64,000 bases of DNA from Raillietiella orientalis (taxonomy: Eukaryota): NCBI GenBank assembly GCA_036172245.1, contig JAYWIR010000041.1, positions 682,001 through 746,000 on the forward strand, given 5' to 3'. This document shows positions 42,680-55,376 of the stretch, one piece after another (within the stretch, counting starts at the first letter, position 1; every line of letters starts with the position of its first letter). The position numbers and the translations under genes are program-made. A model generated the notes under the pieces. It had not been told where the DNA came from and ran no database searches. It saw only the letters and a list, made by a program, of their open reading frames with translations.

Positions 42680-45600
42680 TCTTTTTAGAATTCTCAAGCG
42701 CTTCCTAGGTTTCTGGCAATAAAATTCATCATTTTGTGTACCCCATTGTCTTCAGAGAATACTTGCTGTACCCAATGGCAAAGTGCAGTCAACAAATTCT
42801 TGAAAAGTTCTGAAGGCTTCAATTTTTAAAAATAGAATTCTTAAATTGTAAAGAGAAATGGAGGATTTGTAAATAAGGCAATCGCCATGCTCATTTTGTA
42901 ACCAATACAGGAGAGATAAGTAGATTTGATTTCGAATTTAATTTCAGACCTATTCGAATGAACATGACTGAGATTTAGTGGATATTACATCTTTTGACTA
43001 GTAGAACAGAGAGAAGCAGGGACTATAGCTTGTGGTCTCTGTAACCGTTATTTGCCACGGTATATGAATGTAAAGAAAATGTGATTTTAATTGCTCTCTG
43101 AGCTCGCATCGTTTTATCCCTATGTATTATAATCTAGTTTTACCATACTCCTCTGCATGCTATATAAGAATAGAGTAGTTCTATCATGCCTTCCTCCATC
43201 ATATTATTCCCTGATGATGATTAAACGACAATCAGATTGATTAGTGAGATTGTGTATTGCTTTATTGAATGCACAGTTCATAGATGACAAAACAGGATGT
43301 CATTTTCTATTAAAAAATAGCAACAAAAACGGAAGCTTCGAACAAAAATCATAAAAGCAGTTTTCTAAACAGCATCTCGAAATCTCGAATTTTATAACTA
43401 GAGTTGATGAAGATATTATTTGCTTTGTTTTAGTACATAAATCAAGATATCTCGTTTATGAAAGACAAAGATATGACAAACAGACGGAGTGATCAAGTCT
43501 TTAATTTTCGTACTTCCCTCCCACTAATCTCCAACATTGTCTTGGATCCTAAATAAGGGAAAGAAAATGTTAGTAGAGCTGTCCATAAAAATGAACTAGC
43601 CATCGGCTTAAAGCTTTCTTTCGTTGCTGACCACTCTCAGAACATATTTGCATTTCTTATTTTCCAAACGTTTTGCCTCTCTTCCATCGAAGGTATTTGA
43701 AACTACAGGAGGAAGTTAACGTGCCTTCGATATTGTCTTGAATACTATCCAGATTTTTTTTTTTTGCCAGTGACATTCTGAACTAAAGGGTTCATAGTAG
43801 ACCCCAAAGAGTTTGTGCAAGCTAGTCTCTGGGATAACTCCTGCCGTATGTTTGCAGCATGATTCATTAGCCAAATTAGATTTATAAGTGTGAGAAATCA
43901 GAACCTGCAAACTACAATGCCACTCCTATCCAGATTCATTCCAACCTATGAGCGCTTCTTGATAGTTTCTTGCTCTGTCTGCCATTCTTTTCGTCAAATT
44001 AAATGATTTCTTTAAACCTTTGTCAGAATAGGTTTTATAGAAAATAGCATACACATTAAACAAGTCAGCAGTTGGTAATATCTTGTCGGAGCTCCGTGAA
44101 TGATCTCTGTATTAAAATGCACAACCGGCAGGTGTACACCTTTTTACATATTGAAGGGTTACCTATAGGTATGATTCAAAGCAGAATGTTGGAACTTTAA
44201 TCTCTGTAAGCTACCGTAAATCTTTGAAATGGAGGAACAAATCTGCATGAAACAACTTCTTGGAACATGAAATGATAACAAAAGCAGAACACTGTCTCAA
44301 TTCAAAGTTTTTCCTTAATAATCCGAAGCCAATGTGGCTGAAATCTCCTCCGAAAGCCTTGAAGAAGTTTAGGAAAATTCAGGACCGTAATGCAATAGTT
44401 CCAGAGAACTCTTGGATAAACATTATTGTGCAATCAGTACGTCAACATTCACTGAAGACTGACAAAAATAACTAAAGGTCTAGCTTTGATTTCACTTCAT
44501 CATATGATTCGGATGAATAGAATTGTTTTTGACTTTTTATTCGAATAAACTCTTGCAATACTGAGGCGGAGGAAACGTATTAGGTAGAAAAACCTTCCAA
44601 ACTCGCATTGATGCCTCAAAAAATTCATGAAGGAAGATTGATTGCATCGAAAATTTCACAATGATGGTGTTCTTTCGCCACAAAATTCCCGGGGAACTCA
44701 CTGGACTTTATAGGGAACTCAATGGATGGTTTACAGATTTTTTTTTTTTCTCCCATTAACTCCTCATACCTGAAACTGAATATTCTCATGCTAAAATATT
44801 CTCAAGTAGAGGCTTATTTTCAAATTTTCTCCATTATTCTGATGGATTGGTGCTTAAGGTTAAACATTATCCGAGGGAGATTTTGCAGAGTCTTTACCTT
44901 GTCACCATTCTGATGACAAAGTAAAGATGACATAGTTGTCTAATTTTTTCACCTTGAAACTTCACGACTCCTGGAGCCCATAGATTGCAATCTAGTCTTC
45001 CACTTGTTGATCGAGTCGAGGGATTAATTGCCAATTATTTCATGGAAAAGACTACAGTTACTGAGATTTGATAACCAAGAAAAATGCTAGTTAACCTGAA
45101 GCTCGTTTCTACAATAAAAAGAATCTCAATTAATTCAACTCTTGAAGAAAAAAAAAGAAGTTTAGAGGAAGTGAAACGAATAAAGAGATAGTTGTCTGGA
45201 TGGGAATCCTAGTGAAAAAGGCATCCCATTACTTCATAGGAGGAGGAATCTATGCTCTCCGTGATGCATAAGATAGAAAAAAACGTACTCCTTGCGTAGA
45301 TTACAAACATATGGAAAATGTTAAAACATATGGAAAAATAAATGCATTTAATATCGGGTATAACTGTTTCAAGAGAAATACCTTTTCCTTAAGTTCATCC
45401 TATTCGATAAATCAGAGAAATAGTACTCCAGAGTGGAATTAAAAACTTAAAGTGGTAATTTAAGATGGTCTCTGACTCTCATTCCCTGTCATCTGTTCTA
45501 TTTTGTTATCTTTTCGATCAAATGAAATGAAAATTTAAGCCAGAGAAAACAATTCCTTATTGAGTGTAAAAAAGAGAGAAAGGGAAGGTTGCGATTTTTT

Positions 45601-46300
45601 TATGATTTAAATTTCAGATCTATTTTCTCCAAGAACCTTCATTCCGGCTCTTTAACAGTAGCTCAGTTTTTGAATGTCCCTTGTGATGTTTGGTTACTCT
45701 CTTTTTTGCTTACATCGGAGTAGCCCCCATCCTTTTTTACTTCTATCCTTCGACCTTAAGAATTTTCTGTTTGAACATGTTTCTGCTCGTACTTCTATTC
45801 TCTATTCCATCTTTCTCTTGCCCACTTTCAACCATCTTGCATTTACCATTTCAGAAACCTAAGCCCATGAGTTTTGACAATGAACTCGAATATGTTTAAA
45901 GATCCGTTAGTTTCCATGTTTCCATAGATTAGACTAGATTTAGATTTTTCCTCGTGATCTGTAGATGAGCAATGTTGGCATTGACAGATTCCAAAAGAGT
46001 TTTTTGGGCACTAATTCTACAACAGACATCTTCAAAAGAAATGTCTGACGTTTGAAGCAGTTGTTTTTTAAATAATGTCTGTACCAGTAAGATGAAATTA
46101 TTGGAAAAATCCATTTTGTTCTAAAATTATGCTGAAACACAGTTTGGATTCTCTCTGCTTTGTAGAATCTCATTTTGCTTTATAATTAGTCTAAGCATAT
46201 GTGAACCCATCAAATACTGAGGGAGTGATTCTTGCTTTCTTATAAGCAACTGCGTCTTCATTCTCTACTATTTTCTTCAGTGATTGGAAGAAAAAGAATA
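42680..46300 (-). mobile_element. Decayed RTE-like LINE remnant (ends approximate)
   Basis: Minus-strand fragments in canonical order: SSPGI (~44690), GFRRRFQPHWLRIIKEKL (~44330; cf. GFR...LRIIxEK), ELRQD...DLFNVYA (~44070; cf. GVRQG..LSPDLFNLY), FPYLGSK (~43550) and PRKRL (~42700). Confidence 0.55.
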
Positions 46301-48135
46301 CATTCGTATTTTTTTTTTTGGACTGGGAGTAAAAGAATAACTTTCGAAGAGTCTTTCTGTATCTAGAAATTCCTTAAAACTTTACAGTCCCTGATCTTCT
46401 GGGTTAATGATCATAAATACGCTAAGAAGAGAAAGAGACTATTTTCTGCTTTCAAAGACATTTCCAAATCTGCAAAAGGTAACCTCGTGAATAGTAAATC
46501 ATCTAAAGCATCGAGCATACTATCTTAGCCGCAATATTTTTTGATAAAATATAATGCAGTCATTGTATTGAAATTTATTTTCACGACATTTTCACTGAAC
46601 ATTGATTGCATTAAGAAGATTGTAGTAGATCCCTAGTTAACGTATAAGGATTCAAACTTGAACCTGGACGTGTTTTTTCTTGCAATCTCGTACAATCTTC
46701 CAGCAGTCTTTACCGATTTTCTGTATAATCTGATTTCTATGTAGTCTTGACTCTGATAAATAATGTCAATTTCATCAGGAAATCTGTGCCTTTTTTTAAT
46801 CATCTGAAAGTACAAAGAGGTATTTATTTATTTATTTCGTGGCCTTTTTTTCTTTCTGGAACCTTTTTTTTTCTTTCCTTTTTTACAGTCTTGCTACTTC
46901 AAAGAATACGGTGTTGTCGTAACCTGGAAAAAAAATGCATGGGACAGCTGCAAGTGTTAAAACACGAAACTTTTTTATTATGATGCAGAAACCATTGTGT
47001 GAACATTACCTTTCATTAGAGTTTAAAAATTGATGAAATGCACGTTAATAGACTTTTTGTTCTCTGATGTACGTTCCCATACCATTATAATTACCAAATG
47101 CAAGAACCTTCGTCTTCTCATTCAAACAAGGAATTGCAAGGTCATTCGAAACAGAAAAACAGATGTGATTGTACAAGAGAGAGAAAACGTCAACGCATGC
47201 TTCTGGTTTTGTACAGTAAATCCCTGAAATCCAAAATAAGACAAAGAGCTATGCTGTACGGAATGTAATAAATATACTTCTTGAACTTTGCGATGGTTGC
47301 AACTTTAATGCCTGTTACCGTGTAGCGGCCGCCCGTTCGTAATGTGAAGCAAAGTTTGGGAACTGCGCGATGCAGTTGCGATTGCTGAAGTGAGATGATT
47401 TGAACGTAACATATATTAGGATGTTTCCCCATTCACTGCTGGCGGTTTCTTTCAAGATTTCATTTAACACAAAAGAGATTGAGATGGACTTGTAAATCAC
47501 TATACTTACGGGAGAAGGCCTCTCCATTTTGAGATTTGTGACAGAATACCCAAGATTGGTAAGTTGAACGTATTTTCGACTGTGTTGAAAGTTTTCCAGC
47601 CCAGTGTGGTATTTCTCGGTAAATTTTATGATTGATTGAATTTGGTCAAGCCATTTTTAGGTTTGGTTATTGCAGTCAACGGCTTCAAAAGTATTACATC
47701 GATAACATGCAGTGTCATTTGAGTAGGTGTTTGTGTGCAAAGAGTACGTTTTCATGTCAGTTTTTGCGGTACCGCCGATGGATTTCAATTTGTTCCTTCA
47801 CTTTGATTGTGATTTTTTAAATGTGAAAAGGGTTTATGGCGTTGCTGAGCACTTCATGTTACAAGCCCCACATTCTTAAATGTGGCTTTGTGTTGTAAGT
47901 TAGGTGGCCATTTACCGACTTCCATAAAGTCGATAAAAAAGTGATTAACTGGAACTGAAGTTTGAAATATTTGAACTTGGCCCGTATTGTTTATCTATGT
48001 TATACCGAGATCGTGTTTTTGATTACTACTTGTCTGTTTATGTCAGATTCAGCTGCTCATTGCAGATGCCAATTTATCAGTTTTTAACATTTACAATCAG
48101 TTATTCCATTCATAGGCAAAACTGCACCTATAAGA

Positions 48136-51100
48136 ATGGAAGAGAATTCACTAGATCAGCTGTTATTGGAAATCAATACTACAGATACCAAAAAAAAATT
48201 AGCTTTAGGTTCTACAGTAGTCAGCTATTTATCAGATAAGAACCAACCTTTGCAGTGCCAAGATATTGGGCAATTAATAGATGGCATGATAAGTTGGCTC
48301 CATAATAGTAACTTTAAAGTAAGTGTTCCACATTTATTTTCTCTTAAACAGTGTTGTCTAGGTTGCCCAGACTGCCCTTGATATCCTCATTTTGTTAGTG
48401 GAAAGAATGGGAGAGGATTTCCGTCCATATTTTCAAGGAGCATTACTGCCTATTGTTGATCGACTTGGTGAGACTAAGATAAAGTTATACATTAGAGTTA
48501 ATTTATAAAAATAGGGGATGCAAAAGAAGTTGTGCGTGAGCATGCCCATTCTCTACTACTTAAACTTATGGATTTTACTATCCAACCCCAGCAGTTCTAT
48601 GAGAAATTGCAAAGTATACAAGCATTTTCTCATCGTAGTGCCAAAGTGCGTGAAGAGTTGCTGTTGCTCTTACAAAATACACTTAAAATGTAAGCTGTAT
48701 TTATGAATGGAAATACATTGGTCTCTTGGTAGTTATGGCTCCTCAGGTTTGCAGTTAAATCGGCTCGTGCCTTCCATTGTCAAATTACTACAAGATTCTC
48801 AAGTAGCTGTGAGGGAAGCTTCTGTTCATACTCTGGTAGAAGTGTACCGTCATGTAGGGGAACGCATGCGTCAGGATCTCACCCGAAATTACCGCCTTCC
48901 CCCAGCAAAGTATGCAACGTTGTGCTTTCCCTTTCTTAATTGATTGTATTGTCAGGTTACAGTCCATTCTTCAAAGATTTGATCAAGTAAGAGGTGCAGG
49001 TGAAATGATGCCAACTGCCCAGTTACCATCCCATGTGGCTGTTGATGGTGAGTTTCTTTTCCCTTTTGCAGAGGATTATGGTATTGATATTGATGTACAG
49101 CCCAAGTAGTTTTAAAGTTGTTAAAGAATCGTTTTGCAAATATCAATGCATTCGAAGGCCGTATTTCTTGTACATTTGAATGTAATTACATTTTGCCATT
49201 TGAAACTTAAATGGATGCGTGTCGGAGCGAGCACGAACGGATTCATGCTCCATTGATGGATGTGTATGCTTTTTTTTCGGTTTCGTGTGACGTCACCGTT
49301 TTTTTTCTTCTTCTTCCTCTTTTTTTTTGTGTGTGTGTGCCTAGAACGCATTGTAATAATGTTGGGGAAAAAATTTTTTGCGTTCAATTTATGATAATCA
49401 CACATTACTGTCGGAAAGATGCGAGCGCAAAGTTTTGTACTCGTAACACACCGAAAAATCAATGATTACGCAACGCCATTTTTATTTGCTCACAACATAT
49501 TTGCCCATGTAAAATTAACGTGAGAGAGCACTTGTGGAAAAGCCGAATGCATGCAGGCTGCTTCTCCTGAATGTCGTATTTCCTTGTACCGAGTAGTAGC
49601 AAGTACAATACACTAGCGAAAACGATTTAAATTGGCCGTAATCATGCCCGCAGGACTTCCTGCAGTGAACAAAATGATTAAGTTTCGCAGTCCCTAAATC
49701 TGTGTTGAGGAGTAAAAAAAAAAAAGAAGAAAAAAAAAAAAGAAAGAGGAAAGAAAGAAAGAGAGATACGATTTTTTTTTCCCCCCCTTCTGATCTCTGT
49801 CGGTCTCAGTGACACACTGGATTTTCGGTATGGTTACTTTTGTGTTACGGTTTCTATGAGGAAAGTTTTGTTGACAGTGTGTGTGTGCGTGCTCATGTGT
49901 GCTTTAGTGTCACTGCACACGATTTTTTCGTCGGAAGACAAAGTGAAGTCATGATGAGATCCAGAGATCGGTGATTAGCATCATTCCCTCGATTCGTCAG
50001 CTATTTTGAGATCGTTAACGGATCACAATGGCATCACTTGATCCCTCGGTGTGGGGTAAAGAGGAAGAGTGGATACTTCTCTTTGACAACCTGTTAAAAC
50101 GTGAATCTTTCAACCGAAGATCAGAGCGTGTCATGAGGCCTTGCAGAATGCCAACTGGTAAAGGTAAATCATTTAGGAGAGTGTATATGTAAGTTTGACG
50201 CTGCTTCTGTTACCATAGCTCCCCCCCCCTCCTCCTCCTCCCCCTGATCTCCCGTGCTCGCATCCGAATGTGGCAGATACGCTGTGGGTATCACGGGCTT
50301 CCAAACAAATATGTGGAGTGTCAGTAGGTGGGGGGAGGTGGGGGGGGGGGGGCTGCTATGCTGCTCCCTACGTATCGAAAATGGGGAGAACCCAACAACG
50401 GTCGAGTTCGTCGGAGTGTTGCATCGTGGCGCGCTGCACCATTTCCGATTGATTCGTAGCACACGCTGTTGGATTTCTGTCGCGTTTGTCTTCCGCGATG
50501 ATTTTCGAAATTTTTGTCGAGATTTCGGTATCGTGAAAATAAGGAACCGCGTGCTGCTAAACGTTTTTGCGTATTTTTTTATTTTTATTTTTTTAAAATA
50601 GGTGATTCAAGGAAACATTACGTCGTTGCTGTTGTATTGTGTGTGTGCCAATTCGTGTTTCTCTTGCATAACAACCGTAAATGTGATTATTAGATTACAG
50701 CAGGATCGCATGTTAGGCAAAAGATGCCTCCGCCGTTTCATGGATGCCAAAAAAAAAAAAAAAAAAAAACCTAAATCACAACCTTCTTGGTGATAGTAAA
50801 CCCTATCAGTAGTGGATCACTGATACATTGCACATTCCTTGAAGATTTGTAAAGCAAATATGGATTCGAGAATCCAAAAAAAAAACAAGTAACCATGGGT
50901 TTATGCCGTAAAAATCCAAACAGATTCCTGGACAGAAAAGTGCATTTCCCATAAGAACCTCTTTAAGAGTGATTCAGGATCCGCCTTGCCTTCAGTTGAA
51001 GACGTTCGATGAATTTAAAATACTCTGGAAGGGGGGGGGGGGAACAATAAGCGAATATCTTGGTATGTTTATTCAAATCCGCACGTTGCCTTGGTTATTT

Positions 51101-54100
51101 TCATCATTCTCCTCCGCCCTAATGTAAGCTGACGAACAAAAACTGTGGATCACCAGGCAGCGCTGCTTCCTTATAGATTTGCTTCCTGGGTTGACGTGCA
51201 CTCGAGTTCTTTAAAATAAACACGCCATTGAAGGAATCTTCTTATTCATTGTGGAGAAATTCAGGGATTCTTTTTTCATTTGCCAATGCACCTGCATTCC
51301 CACCGGGTAACCACGAATTCGAGACCCTCAGTTCATGATGTTATCCAATTAGATGTAATTATCGTGTCAGTGGTGGTCTTCTAATCCTCCGTGCGGTGAG
51401 CTATCGGGGGATGCGCCGTGAGATCCTCCCAGCATGCCTGCAGAGATCATCTCTCTCGTGAAATGCTTCCCCGAAGTGCATTCACGAGGTTTCCGAGGAC
51501 CGGCCGAGATGCCCCCGCTTTCTCCCTTGCAGACGGATTAGGCAGCTTTCTTTTCTTTAAGCGGTCGGTTACGATCCATCCTCTATGAATTGGGCTCGTT
51601 CCGTTCATTTTCTCATTTGCGTTCGAGTGATTTCCATTAGTGATTTCTATTGTACAGCATCTCGTGGCTGAAGGGTTGTTGCTGTTGTCGTTCGTAGTAA
51701 AAGCGAAGCTTACAACTCTTGCGATGTTCTTGGCACAAATTCGTTAACAGTAGTTGTTTTCGAAAAAATTACGAATAACTGTAATAAAAAAAAAAAGTGC
51801 TTATCTTTGTTATTACGTTATTTCGCGTAAGGCTTTTGAAGTAGAAGCAGCTTCCCATGGCTCGGTTTCGAAGTAAATGCTATTTATCCTCGAGACATCT
51901 ATTATTATCTTACTCGTGTTATGAAACGAGCAAGTACGTAACAAGAGGGAATCAATGTACCGTTCGCGTTAATACATTGGTTATGAGCACTGACCGCAAA
52001 ATCACTTCTGTGAATTTTTCACGAGAAACTGTTCCATGAAAATTTTCAGCGATTTGGCTGGTAGCGGGTATGGAGAGAGAGAGTTCCTTGGTATGGAAAT
52101 GCGGCAATGGCGGGCTTCCTGGTCCATTTGGCCAGAGACGTTCTTGTGCTTTGAAATCGAAAGAGGAAGTTTTCTTAGCGAATGTGGTTTCTTCCTGGAC
52201 TATTTCGCTGATTCGTGCACAAATGGCTGATAAGGAGTAAGGCTTCTTGAATCGGCTACGCGCTATAACTTTGCTATTGAATAAATGGCGTCGAATCACC
52301 TGGAAAGGGTCAAAAAGGCGGTCAGTGATCGCTTATAGAGAAAAAAAAAAAAAAACATTGCCAAATTCGTACTCGAGATAATTAGAACTGATGTCAAAGC
52401 TTCTGACGGAACTCTGAAGGGAAGCGTTGCCGAAGTTTACGTCTCAGCGTTGTGCAGGCAAAGAATGCCGTCGAGTTGGTAATTGGAAAAGATTGCAAAG
52501 TTCTTCTTATTCACATAACAAATGAGGAAAATTGCTTTCAGTGTTAGTGAATCGCCCTCCATCCCGTATACTACCTGCGCTGTGTATTGTGTTTGGTACG
52601 CCGAAAGCACACGATCTTCGGGAACACGAAACTTTCGCTTAAACAAGTGCGTACGTACACATCAAGAATTTGTCAACATTTTGCATTTTGACTTTGTAGC
52701 TCTCGACGGCAGTCCACATGTATACGCTTAAGGCTTAGAATTTATGTAACCAAAGGTTTTTCCTTCGAAAGCAATTTCCGGAAGGGATCTGAATGTTCAC
52801 TAGCTACAAGCTAGGACGTTACATAAATAGATGATGTTACACTCTGTTTGCGAATAGAACAGATCTTACAACAAGGATTATTTTTGAGTATCCGAGCGTT
52901 TCTTGAGAATAAAATACGTCACGCCAGTTGCCAATGGAGACGGAGATGTTCGATGAAATATCTCTGCAGCATTGCGTTTAGAAACGTGTTCCGGAAACTT
53001 TCAGATAGCACCTGAAGAACGAAAAGACCTCAACTGGAATAAGTGCACGACTAGGAGATGCTTATCTGTACATCCAGAATGCGTTTGGATCTTGGTAGCT
53101 TCGATAGTGTTGATAAGAGGAATGCAGGAGGATACTTTCGTGAGGAGATTGCCCGTCGATCCTTGCTTGCATCGAGTTCTCAACAAACTCGTGTTTTTGT
53201 GATTGTATTGGGGCCATCTTGTTTTATCGGTTATGTACTTTCTTTTCTTGATTTCTTCGCATACATCGCCTTTCTATGTGCAAAGGTTGTGCATGGGGTA
53301 ATGGAGAAAGGACGATGGGTCCTCAAAAGGACAACCGTCTGTTTTTGTCTATGCTGCAATCATGCGATGTGGTCGGCTTCTCCCGTGTTTAAATTCGAAA
53401 CTCCTGTAGTTGTCACCTACTTGGGCTGTGTGGCAAACTTCGAAAATCCGGAACGCGTGTGTTTTGATAGCTTCGTCGAATCGCACCCGTAGAAGTTTAG
53501 AGTGTTTGGAACGGAGGACGTGGAGTGTGATCTTGGCCGACGAAGTCCTCTTGTACGAAGGAGCTTTGTTTTCGATTATCCTAAGTGAAAGTATTCGTGA
53601 TATGCATGTGCAGCCCGAAACTTCTCCGTAGTTTTCTTTATCATTCTGCGTTTCGTCCAAGTACGCGTTTTTTTTTTTAAAAAAAAAAAAATGAAAATTC
53701 TGGAGAGTATTAGGGAGCGCATTTCTGTGTTTGTTCCAAGAAGCGGGAGAGAGTGGTGCAAGGGATCTAAGTGGGAACTCACTGTTTCAGTTTTTCTTTG
53801 ACTTTTCGACTCCCGATTGTATTTTAATTTCTTTGTTTTTCTTTGTCTTTATTCATGTAGGTCTTCTTGTAGACGGTTCAGAAACTCGGTCTATCTTCTC
53901 GCCATTTCCATGAAGTAGGGTGGTCTGTGTTTCAGTGGCGATTCGCTGATTGTTTTGAGGCGTTCCCCAAAACTCCCCACAAATTTCACGCCCCGTTCCT
54001 TTTGTGTTCCTTGCAAGGCGTACTTTTTAATCCATCAATTGGTGAGAAGCGATTCGTATAGGTAAATGGCGAAACGGAGTCCCCAGGAGTGGGATTCACT

Positions 54101-55334
54101 TTTCCAAACGGCTTCCCTTTTGCCTTTCCATTATTGCTCTGTACATTGTACACATGAATATTGCACTTGAACTGATTGTACGGAAACTCATTGGTTCGTA
54201 ATCGTAACGTGCAAGCGATCAAGGTTGTTGTTGCTGTTGTTTTGAATACCCAGATGTATTCGAAAACAGCCTTTGTCCATTAGTTTTATTGCATAATGTT
54301 TGTGGTCCGTTCGTGTTTGCACCTCCTGTGCATCCCGGAGTTCTTTAATTGCCCTTGTTTCCCCCCCCCCCTTTTTTATTACGGTGGCATCCTCATTTTG
54401 AATTTCTCATGATGCTCTGGAGCTTTCACTTTCCTGTTTATTCATTTTTTTTTTTCTTCTTCCGGTCATTTCATCTCATCAAGCATAAATTGGGATTTTT
54501 TAAATCCGTGATTACATTCTTATCTGGCTGAAAGGTTAACAAGGGTTGCTTAAAAAATATGTGTATGTATAAAAAAAAAAAAAAAGAGCTGAAAAGAGAA
54601 GGGAAAGGGAGTTACGGTTTTGTGGAGATGCAAATCATATCGAATTGCATTGTGGTTTCCCTTACTTGGAAATTTGTGAGTGTTCGAAGCTGTTGGAAGG
54701 TTGACGTGTTCGAAGCCAACACCGCCAGTGAGCACTTCTTGTCGGGGAGAACTGCAACATAACACAGGCCAGGGTGTTTGGTCGTTGAAGTCTTACGTAG
54801 CCGATTCGGACACCAGATTTTGGTGTTGGATACCGCTCGTGTGCTCGTATCATAGCAGACTTTTCGAGTTGGGGTTACGTGCGTGCTGCAATAAAAGGTG
54901 CATTCATTGCAAATGAGAAGATTGTGTGACAACCGATAAACACGAACAGAAGCTGATAAAGTCCTCCAGAGCAACCTGGAGAGGAGAGTCCTCCAGAAGG
55001 TTTATTATAAGTTTACTTTTGAAAGAAGGAAATCGACATTAGGAAGTGAATTGGAAGCTTACAGCAGGCAAAAAATTCCTGTCAGCAGGTTTTCCGTACC
55101 GCAGTAAGGAAAAAAAGCATGTTAATAGAAATTTGATTTGCTTCACTTTAAGGAGTTGGTTGATAAACCCCGCGTTTTTCCCGGACAAGAAATCCACGCA
55201 ACTTGCGTCTCCGGTTTCATGGTGGAGTCTCGGAAGACACACACTTCTCGCTGCGTGGTTCTCCCCCCCCTGAAATGTTTACGTTGCTTCGCGAAGAAAC
55301 CTTCTAGCAGGAAAATTTTTGTTTCGCGTTTTCA

Positions 55335-55376
<42 letters not shown>

